This document shows positions 7,227 through 16,599 of a stretch of DNA of 64,000 nt, in pieces. Under the pieces are notes generated by a model that made no database searches, was not told where the DNA came from, and was given only the letters and a program-made list of their open reading frames with translations. A program made the position numbers and the translations under genes. This stretch comes from an uncultured Verrucomicrobiota bacterium (GTDB lineage Bacteria; Verrucomicrobiota; Kiritimatiellia; RFP12; UBA1067). The stretch spans positions 35,948 through 99,947 of the forward strand of contig CAMOCC010000001.1 in NCBI GenBank assembly GCA_946610035.1, in the 5' to 3' direction. The number at the start of each line of letters is the position of its first letter. The first letter of the stretch is position 1.

Positions 7227-8960
7227 ATGACGCTCACAGACATTGTAAAATCGGCCTTTGAGAAGGCGTTCCCCGGGGAGGATCTCGGCGGCATCCGCGT
7301 GGTGCCCGCGACCGACCCCAAGTTCGGCGACTACCAGTGCAACGATGCCCTGAAGCTGGCCAAGAAGGTGGGCTTGAAGCCCCGCGACGCCGCACAGAGG
7401 GTTGCGGACTCGCTTGACCGCGCCTGCTTCGAGAAGGTTGAGGTCGCGGGGCCGGGCTTCCTCAACCTCACCGTTTCGCAGAGCTGGCTCAACTCCCGGC
7501 TTGCGGCGCTCGACGCGGCGCCCAATTGCGGCATCCCGCAGAACGGGAGGGGCAAGAAGATCGTGATCGACTACTCCTCCCCGAACGCCGCCAAGCAGAT
7601 GCACATCGGGCACATCCGCTCGACCGTGATCGGCAACGCCATCGACCGGATCTTCCGTTCGCTTGGATACGAGGTCGTCGCAGACAACCACCTCGGCGAC
7701 TGGGGTACGCAGTTCGGCATCCTCATCAAGGGCTACCGCGACCTCCTGACGGACGACGAGAGGGCGAACCTGACGGTCCCCGTCCTTGAGAAGTGCTATG
7801 TCCTCTCCGCGGCGAAGGCGAAGGAGGAGGACGGCGTGTGGCGCGAGGAGTGCAAGGCGGAGCTCGTGAAGCTGCAGCAGGGCGATGCGGAGAACCTTGC
7901 GCTCTGGAAGCGCTTCATCGACATCTCCATAGCCGAATTCAACCGCATGTACGCGAAGCTCGGCGTCAAGTTCGACACCTACCGCGGTGAATCGTACTAC
8001 AATCCGCTGATGCCCGGCGTCGTCGACCGGCTGCTGAAGGCGGGGCTCGCCGAGGAGTCGGAGGGTGCGCTCGTCGTCAAGCTCGAGAAGGAGAAGCTGG
8101 GAGTGGCGATCGTCAGGAAGTCCGACGGCGGCTACAACTACACGACGAGCGACCTTGCATGCGTCGAGAGCCGCGTGAAGGACTACGACCCCGAGCGCAT
8201 CATCTACGTGACCGACGACCGTCAGCAGCTCCACTTCAAGCAGTTCTTCTCCATCTGCGGCAAGCTCGGCTACACCGTGAAGCTCGTACACGTTCCGTTC
8301 GGGCTCATGAGCTACCAGGGCAAGGCCATATCGACGCGCGAAGGAAACCTCATCAAGCTCGACGACCTCCTCGCGGAGGCCGTGAGGCGCTCGAAGGCTA
8401 TCGTCGAGGCGAGGGCCGAAGGGGCCGCGGAGGGTCCGAAGGCCGCCGAGGGAGACGTCCTCAGGCTTGCCGAGCAGATCGGCTTCGGCGCGGTCAAGTA
8501 CGCCGACTTGAGCCACGACCCCGCGACGGCCATCGACTTCAACTGGGACAAGGCGCTCGCCCTTGAGGGCAACTCCGGCCCCTACCTCCAGTACGCCTAC
8601 GCGCGAGTCAAGTCGCTGCTGGCGAAGGCGGGGGGCGACGGGGCCTCTGGCGGAGTCGCACCCATGCCCAATGGCGTTGGAGGCTTTTTGGTTGCGGGGC
8701 CCGTAGAGAAGCGTCTCGCGTTGCAGCTCCTGGAGTTCCCGGGGGCCGTGGTGAGGGCGGCGGAGGCGTACAAGCCGAGCGTCCTCGCAGACTACCTCTT
8801 CCAGACGGCGCAGCTCTACTCGAGCTTCTACCAGAACTCGCCGATACTGAGGAGCGAGGAGCCTGTGAGGTCCGCAAGGCTCAGGCTTTGCGCGCTCTTC
8901 GGCGAAATCCTGAGGTCAGGACTCGGCCTTCTCGGCATCGAGACGCCCGAGCACATCTGA
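7227..8960 (+). CDS. argS: Arginyl-tRNA synthetase
   Basis: Class-I HIGH motif (QMHIGHIRSTVIGN), DNHLGDWGTQFG, 577 aa. Confidence 0.9.
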   Translation: MTLTDIVKSAFEKAFPGEDLGGIRVVPATDPKFGDYQCNDALKLAKKVGLKPRDAAQRVADSLDRACFEKVEVAGPGFLNLTVSQSWLNSRLAALDAAPNCGIPQNGRGKKIVIDYSSPNAAKQMHIGHIRSTVIGNAIDRIFRSLGYEVVADNHLGDWGTQFGILIKGYRDLLTDDERANLTVPVLEKCYVLSAAKAKEEDGVWREECKAELVKLQQGDAENLALWKRFIDISIAEFNRMYAKLGVKFDTYRGESYYNPLMPGVVDRLLKAGLAEESEGALVVKLEKEKLGVAIVRKSDGGYNYTTSDLACVESRVKDYDPERIIYVTDDRQQLHFKQFFSICGKLGYTVKLVHVPFGLMSYQGKAISTREGNLIKLDDLLAEAVRRSKAIVEARAEGAAEGPKAAEGDVLRLAEQIGFGAVKYADLSHDPATAIDFNWDKALALEGNSGPYLQYAYARVKSLLAKAGGDGASGGVAPMPNGVGGFLVAGPVEKRLALQLLEFPGAVVRAAEAYKPSVLADYLFQTAQLYSSFYQNSPILRSEEPVRSARLRLCALFGEILRSGLGLLGIETPEHI

Positions 8961-9118
8961 CCCCTTGCGCTTTCGCCGCATTTTTGATAAACTATGCGAC
9001 TGTCTTGTGAAGTCGGGGGCAAACCGGCTTCCCTGGCCGGGGCGGGCGCTCTGGTCTGTATCGCGGACAAAACCCCGGAAAAAGGGCACAAATCCGCAAG
9101 AAAAAGGAAAGTAAGAAG

Positions 9119-9550
9119 ATGAAGAAGAGCTACCGTGCTCCGAACCCGGGCGACAATCGCCAGTGGTTCCTCGTCGACGCGAAGGATCAGCCGCTCGGCC
9201 GCCTCGCAGTCGTTATCGCCAACAAACTCCGTGCGAAGGACCTTCCCACGTTCGACCCGTCCGTCGACGCCGGCGCGTTCGTCGTCGTGGTCAACGCCGC
9301 CCAGGTCAAGCTCTCCGGCAACAAGGAGGAGAAGAAGGACTACACGCGCTACAGCGGATTCCGCGGCGGACTCAAGCACTTCACGGCCGCAGAGATGCGC
9401 GCTTCGCATCCCGACCGCATGATCCTCGAGGCCGTCTGGGGCATGCTCCCGAAGAACAACATCGCGCGCAAGATGATGACGCGCGTGAAGGTCTTCGCCG
9501 GCGCCGAACACACACACGCCGCGCAGAAGCCGGTTGAAATCAAGCTGTAA
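9119..9550 (+). CDS. rplM: 50S ribosomal protein L13
   Basis: 143 aa, MKKSYRAPNPGDNRQWFLVDA...; canonical L13. Upstream TGaTAAACT promoter (~8980) and AAAGGAAAG SD. Confidence 0.9.
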   Translation: MKKSYRAPNPGDNRQWFLVDAKDQPLGRLAVVIANKLRAKDLPTFDPSVDAGAFVVVVNAAQVKLSGNKEEKKDYTRYSGFRGGLKHFTAAEMRASHPDRMILEAVWGMLPKNNIARKMMTRVKVFAGAEHTHAAQKPVEIKL

Positions 9551-9563
9551 GGAGAGATAGAAA

Positions 9564-9965
9564 ATGGCTACCAAGAAGGCAATTTCCGCCGGAACCGGCC
9601 GTCGCAAGACCGCGAGCGCCCGCGTCAACCTCGTCGAGGGGACTGGCGTCTGGACCGTCAACAAGGTCGCTCTCGAGGAGTACATCACCTCCGAGGCCCT
9701 CCGCGACTATCTCAAGCAGCCCGTCGCGATCAGCGGCTACGACATGTCCAAGGTGGACGTCGTGGCGTTCGCCAAGGGCGGCGGCATCGCCGGCCAGGCC
9801 GGCGCGATCCGCCACGGTCTCGCCCGCGCCCTTGTCGCGGCTGACGAGTCCACGCGCGCGGCCCTCAAGAAGGCCGGCTGCATGACTCGCGACAGCCGCA
9901 TGAAGGAGCGCAAGAAACCCGGTCAGCCCGGCGCCCGCAAGCGCTTCCAGTTCTCGAAGCGTTAA
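9564..9965 (+). CDS. rpsI: 30S ribosomal protein S9
   Basis: 133 aa, C-terminal ...PGARKRFQFSKR. Confidence 0.9.
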   Translation: MATKKAISAGTGRRKTASARVNLVEGTGVWTVNKVALEEYITSEALRDYLKQPVAISGYDMSKVDVVAFAKGGGIAGQAGAIRHGLARALVAADESTRAALKKAGCMTRDSRMKERKKPGQPGARKRFQFSKR

Positions 9966-9976
9966 TCGCGGTTGTC

Positions 9977-11887
9977 ATGGCATTCGGTTTTCTCAAGAAG
10001 ATCGTCTCCGCCCTCTCCGGCGGCAAGAAGCCGGAGAAGGGCGGGAAGTCCGACCGACAGGGCCAGGGCGGCGACGGCAAGGGCCGTCGCGGCAGGCGCG
10101 GCGGGAAGGACGGCGCGAAGCAGCAGGGCGGCCGCGGCGACAAGCAGCCGCAGGGCCGTCGCGGCGACAAGCAGCCGCAGGGCGATCAGAAGAAGTCGCG
10201 CGACGGGCAGCAGCCGCGCGGCGAGCGTCGTTCGGAGGGGCGCGGGCAGAAGGCGCGTCGCGACGACAGGCGCGGCGGCAGGGGCGATCGCGGCAGGCGC
10301 GGTCCGGCGCCGGTGAACACGGCGGCGGGCGAGATGCGCCCGGGCGGCGAGGTTTCGTCAGCCGAGCTTGAGGCCCGCAAGGCCGCCCACGCGGCCTGGG
10401 ACCCGGCGTCGTTCGTGGTCGAGCCCGCCGAGGGCAAGAAGCGCTTCCACGATTTCGACCTTCCCTCCGAGGTGATGCACGGCATAGCCGACCTCGGCTT
10501 CAAGTACTGCACCGAGATACAGGCTCTTTCGCTCGAGCAGGCGCTCGCCGGCAAGAACATCGCCGGCAAGGCCCAGACCGGCAGCGGCAAGACGGCCGCG
10601 TTCCTCGTGGCGATACTGACCCGCTACCTCAGGACGCCCGAGAGCCGCGCCAAGACGGGCGGCACTCCGCGTGCGCTCGTGATCGCGCCCACGCGCGAAC
10701 TCGTCATCCAGATTTGCAAGGACGCCGATGCGATCGGCAGGTACTGCGGACTTAGGTCCCTCGCAATCTACGGCGGGATGGACTACGACCGCCAGAAGCG
10801 CGAGGTATCCGACGCTCCCGTCGACCTTCTCGTCGCGACCCCCGGCCGACTCCTCGACTTCGTCAAGTCGCACGTGATCAACCTCTCGAGCGTCGACACG
10901 CTCGTCATCGACGAGGCGGACCGCATGCTCGACATGGGCTTCATCCCGGACGTCCGCCGCATAATGAGCTATCTGCCGCCGAAGAACAAGCGCGCGACGA
11001 TGCTCTACTCCGCGACGCTCAACGACACGGTGATGCGCCTTGCGATGAACTGGATGGAGGAGCCGTTCAAGGCCGAGGTCGCAAGCGAGACCAACGCGAC
11101 GGACACCGTCCGCCAGGTCGTGTACATCGTACGCTCCGACGACAAGTTCAAGGTCCTTTTCAACCACATCGCCCTCCACCCGGAGGCGCGCGCGATCGTC
11201 TTCTGCAACCGCAAGTCGACGACCGAGGACGTCTACGACTCGCTGCGCGTGCGCGGCGTGAACGTCGAGATGCTCTCGGGCGACGTCAACCAGAACAAGC
11301 GCCTCAAGGTGCTCGACGCGTTCAGGGACGGAGAGGTGAAGGTCGTGGTGGCGACTGACGTCGCAGGCCGCGGAATCGACATCAAGGGACTCGAGTACGT
11401 GATCAACTTCGACTTCCCCTACGAAGCCGAGGACTACGTGCACCGCATCGGCCGCACGGGCCGCGCGGGCTCGACCGGAATCGCGATCAGCTTCGCGGAC
11501 GAGGACGAGAGCTTCGCGATCCCCGAGATCGAGGAGTACATCAAGGAGCCCCTCAAGTGCACGATGATCCAGGACGACGACCCGCTCCTGAAGCCTCTTC
11601 CCGCCCGCGGTACGAGGCTCGGCGACGTCGACGCCTCGGCGAAGGCCGAAGTCGACGCGCGCGAGGCCGTCGGCGAGGAGGAGATTGCCGCCGCGGCGGC
11701 GCTCACAGGCGTCGCGAACGCGACGACGGCGAGCGGGGCCCCTGCGGTGCTGAAGGAGGACGCGCCCATGCGGACGCTCCCTAAGTTCGAGAACGCGCTG
11801 GAGCCGAAGGCCCCGCCGCCGGACGAATCGGACGTCTATTCCAAGCCGGTCGAGCAGAAAACGAAGCTCGAGGAGTGGAAAATGTGA
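9977..11887 (+). CDS. DEAD-box ATP-dependent RNA helicase with ~130-aa N-terminal Gly/Arg/Lys/Gln-rich low-complexity extension
   Basis: Motifs AQTGSGKT, PTRELV, DEAD (VIDEADRMLDMGF), SAT, HRIGRTGRAG. Confidence 0.85.
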   Translation: MAFGFLKKIVSALSGGKKPEKGGKSDRQGQGGDGKGRRGRRGGKDGAKQQGGRGDKQPQGRRGDKQPQGDQKKSRDGQQPRGERRSEGRGQKARRDDRRGGRGDRGRRGPAPVNTAAGEMRPGGEVSSAELEARKAAHAAWDPASFVVEPAEGKKRFHDFDLPSEVMHGIADLGFKYCTEIQALSLEQALAGKNIAGKAQTGSGKTAAFLVAILTRYLRTPESRAKTGGTPRALVIAPTRELVIQICKDADAIGRYCGLRSLAIYGGMDYDRQKREVSDAPVDLLVATPGRLLDFVKSHVINLSSVDTLVIDEADRMLDMGFIPDVRRIMSYLPPKNKRATMLYSATLNDTVMRLAMNWMEEPFKAEVASETNATDTVRQVVYIVRSDDKFKVLFNHIALHPEARAIVFCNRKSTTEDVYDSLRVRGVNVEMLSGDVNQNKRLKVLDAFRDGEVKVVVATDVAGRGIDIKGLEYVINFDFPYEAEDYVHRIGRTGRAGSTGIAISFADEDESFAIPEIEEYIKEPLKCTMIQDDDPLLKPLPARGTRLGDVDASAKAEVDAREAVGEEEIAAAAALTGVANATTASGAPAVLKEDAPMRTLPKFENALEPKAPPPDESDVYSKPVEQKTKLEEWKM

Positions 11888-11894
11888 AAATCAA

Positions 11895-11945
11895 TCGCAT
11901 TTGCCCCCTTGCCAAACGGGGGCAAAATGTGGTAAACTATCAATC
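11895..11945 (+). promoter_or_regulatory. rpsL promoter: -35 TTGCCA, 18-nt spacer, TGgTAAACT extended -10. A GC hairpin gcccccTTGCCAaacgggggc overlaps the -35.
   Basis: cccTTGCCAaacgggggcaaaatgTGgTAAACTat. About 30-nt leader with AAGGAAAAC SD before the ATG at 11975. Confidence 0.6.
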
Positions 11946-11974
11946 TTGTTTGGAAAAGTAAGGAAAACAACTAA

Positions 11975-12358
11975 ATGCCGACTATCAATCAGCTGATCCG
12001 CAAGGGCCGCTCGCCGCTTGCGAAGCATTCGAAATCGCCCGCGCTGAAGGCGTGCCCCCAGCGCCGCGGCGTCTGTCTCGTCGTCAAGACGATGACACCC
12101 AAGAAGCCTAACTCCGCGCTCCGCAAGGTCGCCCGTGTGCGCCTTACGTCCGGCTACGAAGTGACGGCCTACATCCCCGGCGAGGGACACAACCTCCAGG
12201 AGCACAGCGTCGTTCTCGTGCGCGGTGGCCGCGTGAAGGACCTTCCGGGCGTCCGCTACCACATCGTCCGCGGCAAGCTCGACTCGCTGGGCGTCGCCGG
12301 CCGCAACCGCAGCCGCTCGAAGTACGGCATGAAGCGCCAGAAGAAGGAGGCGAAGTAA
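11975..12358 (+). CDS. rpsL: 30S ribosomal protein S12
   Basis: [12 protein letters not shown]..., 127 aa. Confidence 0.9.
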   Translation: MPTINQLIRKGRSPLAKHSKSPALKACPQRRGVCLVVKTMTPKKPNSALRKVARVRLTSGYEVTAYIPGEGHNLQEHSVVLVRGGRVKDLPGVRYHIVRGKLDSLGVAGRNRSRSKYGMKRQKKEAK

Positions 12359-12361
12359 GCC

Positions 12362-12886
12362 ATGTCCAGAAGAGCAAAGAAGATCGAGAAGCGCGTCTCG
12401 CTCGACCCCAAGTACAACTCCGAGCTCGTCGCCCACATGATCCGCGTGATCATGAAGGACGGCAAGAAAACCGCCGCCGAGAAGATCGTCTACGGTGCGA
12501 TCGACAAGATCAAGGAGGCCGTCGAGAAGGAGCCCGCCAAGTTCACCAAGGACGAGAAGCAGTTCACCGATCCCCTGGAGGTCCTCTCCGCTTCGATCGA
12601 CAACATGAAGCCCCAGGTCGAGGTCAAGACCCGCCGCGTCGGCGGCACGACCTACCCCGTCCCGGTGCCGATCGCCCCGAACCGCCAGCTCTCGCTCGCG
12701 CTTCGCTGGACGACGCAGTTCGCCGGTGCGCGCCACGGCATGGGCATGCCCGCCGCTGTCGCCGCCGAGGTCATCGACGCGTTCCTGGGCCAGGGCAACG
12801 TCATCAAGAAGCGCGACGACGTGCACAAGATGGCCCAGGCCAACAAGGCGTTCGCCCACTACGCGTGGGGCAACAACGCCGGTTGA
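12362..12886 (+). CDS. rpsG: 30S ribosomal protein S7
   Basis: 174 aa, canonical S7. Not followed by fusA/tuf. Confidence 0.9.
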   Translation: MSRRAKKIEKRVSLDPKYNSELVAHMIRVIMKDGKKTAAEKIVYGAIDKIKEAVEKEPAKFTKDEKQFTDPLEVLSASIDNMKPQVEVKTRRVGGTTYPVPVPIAPNRQLSLALRWTTQFAGARHGMGMPAAVAAEVIDAFLGQGNVIKKRDDVHKMAQANKAFAHYAWGNNAG

Positions 12887-12914
12887 GGTCCATGGAAAAA
12901 CTTTTCCAGGCATG

Positions 12915-12946
12915 AAAACGCCGCGGCACGGGCCGCGGCGTTTTTG
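12915..12946 (+). terminator. Rho-independent terminator after rpsG
   Basis: cgccgcggc-acgg-gccgcggcg followed by TTTTT. Confidence 0.7.
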
Positions 12947-12963
12947 ATATAATATACGATGTC

Positions 12964-14919
12964 ATGAAAATACTAGGTGAACAGATATTCGCTAAGGATG
13001 CCGAGGGCCGCCAGGTCAGCCGCATCGGAACGCTCTTCTTCAAGACCCCCGGCCTTGTGACGCGCCGGGGCATCCACGCCATGCAGCGCATGATGTGGAT
13101 CGACGACATCAACGCGGGCCGCGCGGCTGCGGGGCTTGCGCCGCTTACCGAGGCCGAGGAGGACGAGGAACTCGCGCAGTCCGTCGACCTCATCTTCACC
13201 GACGAGCACGTGCTCATCCGTCCCGATCCCGACCACATGGACCTCGCGATGAAGGCGGACGAGGTGCTGCAGACGCTCGTCTCCAAGAGGAAGATACGCT
13301 TCCTCAACACGCATGCGGCGAAGGTGCGCAACGCACTCAGGGCGCGCGGCGAGAACTGGCGAATGGCGCGCCAGCCGATTTCGCAGGATGACATGGTCCG
13401 CCTCATCGAGAGCTCCAAGGTCGCCATCAGCGGCGAGCCGATCTACTACTACAACTCCGCGACCGGCACGCGCTACGTGACGGTCGGCGGCTCCGAGGGC
13501 CTCGCCCACCTTCCGCCCGCGGCCTGCCGCGAGCAGCTGAAGGAGGCGCAGAAGATGCTTGTGCGGCGCAACAGGCTGGGGCACGTCGAACTGGACCTCT
13601 TCCCGACGACCACGCCAGTGGAGATCAAGCAGAAGTTCAAGTCCCTCGACGTGGATTCTCTTACCGACGAGCAGCTTTGCGAGACGGTCGAGCGCTTCGA
13701 CGCCGAGTGGCGCATGTCCATCCCGGCGGAGCTTCGCGAGGAGTCGGTGGACAACTTCGAGTGGCGCAACGCGATGTGCGCGACGATCACACAGGAGGCG
13801 AACGAGACGTCCGCCGACGAGCGCGAGCTCATCCAGGGCATAAGCCCCGAGTTCTACCGCCAGATCGAGTGGCTGCCAGGTCTCCGCATAACGGACGGGG
13901 AGATCATCTTCGACCCGCTGTGGGACGAGTACAACCGCACCCGCGACCCTGAGCTCGCCGAGATATGCGATCCGCGCGTAAGGAACATCCTCTTCAACTT
14001 CACGCGCCAGTTCGGCGAATTCGAGTACGTGAACGTCGGGCGCATCTCAAAGTCGCTCGCCCGCAGGCCCATCACCGGCTCCCGCCGGGGGAGCGTCTAC
14101 ATCCTCCAGTACAAGATCGCCGGCCAGCCGGAGTCGCGCGTCTCCATCCTGCGATTCCAGAAGTGGGGCGTGGCGGAGCACCTGGACGAGGGCAAGGACC
14201 TGCTCACCGCGATGTTCGAGGCGAACGACTACTCGGACTACATCATGGACAGGCGCATCATGTGCCGACAGCTGGGCATGAACCTCCCGCCCTATCTCGG
14301 CGCCGGGCAGTTCCCGGAGCAGTACAACGGGCAGAACCAGTACCGCGGCACGACGATCAGGACCACCTACTTCATCCGCGAGTACGTCCCCGGCACGGCG
14401 TCCGACAAGATTCCGCCCGCGCGCTTCCGCAACCCCGTCTTCGCGCTCAAGTTCGCAAGGCTCATGGGCGAGGCGGCCGCGCTGGACCTCGTCGTCGGCC
14501 GCCGCTCGTCGGAGACGAAGGAGAACCTCTTCGACAAGAACTACGAAGTCGTCCAGTTCGGCCCGGACGGCCTCCCCCGAGGCATAATGGTTTCCGACCA
14601 CGCCGGCAGCTTCGTGAACTACCTCCACACGTTCGAGGACGCCGTCGCGCCCTACGCGAACGTCGTCCGCCGCCGCTTCGGATTCGTGTCCGACCCCAAG
14701 GCTTTCGCCAACGCGTACGTATCCGCCTTCGAGGCGAAGCTGGAGGCCGTCCAGGAGTGCTACCGTGCGCGTCGCAGTTCGTTCGACGAGCTGCTGATGC
14801 ACCGGCCCTTCGACTCTGCAGGCTCCGTTGCCTACCGCTGGACGAAGACGCTCGAGCGGCTCGACGGATGCAATCCGAAGAACGTCGCCGCGAAGCTCAG
14901 GGAAGCGATAGAGGCCTGA
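12964..14919 (+). CDS. Hypothetical 651-aa cytoplasmic protein (no recognisable family). Own TGaTATAAT promoter lies 11 nt upstream.
   Basis: Long ORF with coding-like composition. The TATAAT island sits at 12947-12952. Confidence 0.5.
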   Translation: MKILGEQIFAKDAEGRQVSRIGTLFFKTPGLVTRRGIHAMQRMMWIDDINAGRAAAGLAPLTEAEEDEELAQSVDLIFTDEHVLIRPDPDHMDLAMKADEVLQTLVSKRKIRFLNTHAAKVRNALRARGENWRMARQPISQDDMVRLIESSKVAISGEPIYYYNSATGTRYVTVGGSEGLAHLPPAACREQLKEAQKMLVRRNRLGHVELDLFPTTTPVEIKQKFKSLDVDSLTDEQLCETVERFDAEWRMSIPAELREESVDNFEWRNAMCATITQEANETSADERELIQGISPEFYRQIEWLPGLRITDGEIIFDPLWDEYNRTRDPELAEICDPRVRNILFNFTRQFGEFEYVNVGRISKSLARRPITGSRRGSVYILQYKIAGQPESRVSILRFQKWGVAEHLDEGKDLLTAMFEANDYSDYIMDRRIMCRQLGMNLPPYLGAGQFPEQYNGQNQYRGTTIRTTYFIREYVPGTASDKIPPARFRNPVFALKFARLMGEAAALDLVVGRRSSETKENLFDKNYEVVQFGPDGLPRGIMVSDHAGSFVNYLHTFEDAVAPYANVVRRRFGFVSDPKAFANAYVSAFEAKLEAVQECYRARRSSFDELLMHRPFDSAGSVAYRWTKTLERLDGCNPKNVAAKLREAIEA

Positions 14920-14926
14920 CGGCGCC

Positions 14927-15901
14927 ATGTGGCGGTACATCGGCAGGAGGCTCCTGGAGGTGATTCCGACTACGTTCGGGATTCTCCTCCTCACGTTCGT
15001 CCTCTTCAACGTCGTCTCCGGCGGCTCCCCCGCCGCGACGATACTGGGGAAGGGGGCGGACGAGAAGTCGATCGCCGCTTTCAACAAACGCTACGGATAC
15101 GACAAGCCGCTCCTTGTCGGCGACTGGCGCGCCGAGGACGGCTCCTTCCGGCCGTCGAAGGCGTTTGACAGCCAGTTCTTCAACTTCCTGAAGAGCGTCG
15201 CGACGGGAGACCTCGGCTACTCGTCCAAGCTGGACGAGCCGGTGGCGGACGTCCTGAAGCGCGGCGTCGGGCCGTCCCTTTCGCTAACCGTGCCGATACT
15301 CTTCCTCGGAGTCGTCTTCGCGCTGTTCCTCGCGCTCCTCTCCGCCGCGTATCGAGGGCGGGTGCCTGACAGGATAATACTCTTCGTCTCGGCGGCCCTC
15401 ATGAGCGTCAACTACGTCGTGTGGGTCCTCGCCGGACAGTTCCTTCTGGCGTTCAAGGCGGGCTGGTTCCCGATATGGGGGTATTCGGGGCCGAGCTACC
15501 TCGTCCTCCCCGTGGCCATCGGGGTGCTCAGCTCGCTCGGAATGGACGTGCGTTTCTTCAGGACCGCCGTCATGGACGAGATTTACAAGCCGTACGTCCT
15601 CACCGCCCGGGCGAAGGGACTGACGCCGTCCGTCATAATGACACGTCACGTCCTGCGGAACGCCCTGATACCGATAGTGACGTACGTTTCGCTCTCGATT
15701 CCGTACCTCTTCACTGGCTCGCTCCTCCTGGAAAGCTTCTTCGGGATCCCCGGTCTCGGGTCCGTCTCGATAAACGCGATACAGTCGGCGGACCTCGCAG
15801 TCGTCCGCGCCGTGGTGGTCCTGGGCGCGCTCCTGTACCAGTTCGTGAACCTTGCGACGGACCTCCTGTATGCGATTCTCGATCCGAGGGTCGCCTTGTA
15901 G
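14927..15901 (+). CDS. ABC transporter permease, DppB/OppB family (orphan: no partner C/D/F/A genes nearby)
   Basis: N-terminal YIGRRLLEVIPTTFGILLLTFVLF. EAA-like loop ARAKGLTPSVIMTRHVLRNALIPIVT. Confidence 0.75.
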   Translation: MWRYIGRRLLEVIPTTFGILLLTFVLFNVVSGGSPAATILGKGADEKSIAAFNKRYGYDKPLLVGDWRAEDGSFRPSKAFDSQFFNFLKSVATGDLGYSSKLDEPVADVLKRGVGPSLSLTVPILFLGVVFALFLALLSAAYRGRVPDRIILFVSAALMSVNYVVWVLAGQFLLAFKAGWFPIWGYSGPSYLVLPVAIGVLSSLGMDVRFFRTAVMDEIYKPYVLTARAKGLTPSVIMTRHVLRNALIPIVTYVSLSIPYLFTGSLLLESFFGIPGLGSVSINAIQSADLAVVRAVVVLGALLYQFVNLATDLLYAILDPRVAL

Positions 15902-15915
15902 GTGTGGAGGTGTTG

Positions 15916-16599
15916 ATGGAGCGGTTCGACAGCGAAATTGACGTTGATCGCGTTCGCGAGGAGCTTTCGCGCGGTTCGCGCGTGCTGCTCGTGGTGCGCC
16001 ACGCGGAGCGTCCGAGGATAGACAACGAGGACAAGACGTTCGGCGCCCACCTTCCTCTCACCCCGGCGGGCGAGCGGATGAGCGAGGAGTTCGGGCGGAT
16101 GCTGAAGGGCGCTTCGGACGACGTGCAGTTCATGGCGAGCCCGCTCAGGCGCACGGTCCTCACCGCCCGTTTCATCGCGCGCGGCATGGGGATCGACGTG
16201 CCTGTGATCCCGACGGATGCGGCGATAGGCAACTCGAGCGCGTACATCGAGGACGAACTGAAGGTGTGGGAGCTCTTCAGGGACGGACGCTTCTTCGAGA
16301 AGATGGTCGACTACTTCGAGCGCGGCGAGCAGTACGGCTTCAATACGCTCAAGGAGGCGACTGACGCCTTCGAGGAGTACTGTCTTTCGCTCTTCACGGG
16401 GAAGCTCGGGATATTCTCCTCCCACGATGTCTACATCGCTGCGTTTGCGAAGGGGCGCGGGATACTGCCCGCAGTGGTGAGGGAAAACTGGCCGCGATTC
16501 CTCGACTCGATTGCGATAATCGTCGATCCGGACGGCACGAGGCGCTACAGGTTCGTACGTGCGGGGCTTACGGACGGCATATGCGGGGTCGCGACATGA
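15916..16599 (+). CDS. Histidine phosphatase superfamily protein (SixA/PGM-like)
   Basis: LLVVRHAERP (RHG-type catalytic motif). GGAGG SD precedes the ATG at 15916. Confidence 0.6.
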   Translation: MERFDSEIDVDRVREELSRGSRVLLVVRHAERPRIDNEDKTFGAHLPLTPAGERMSEEFGRMLKGASDDVQFMASPLRRTVLTARFIARGMGIDVPVIPTDAAIGNSSAYIEDELKVWELFRDGRFFEKMVDYFERGEQYGFNTLKEATDAFEEYCLSLFTGKLGIFSSHDVYIAAFAKGRGILPAVVRENWPRFLDSIAIIVDPDGTRRYRFVRAGLTDGICGVAT

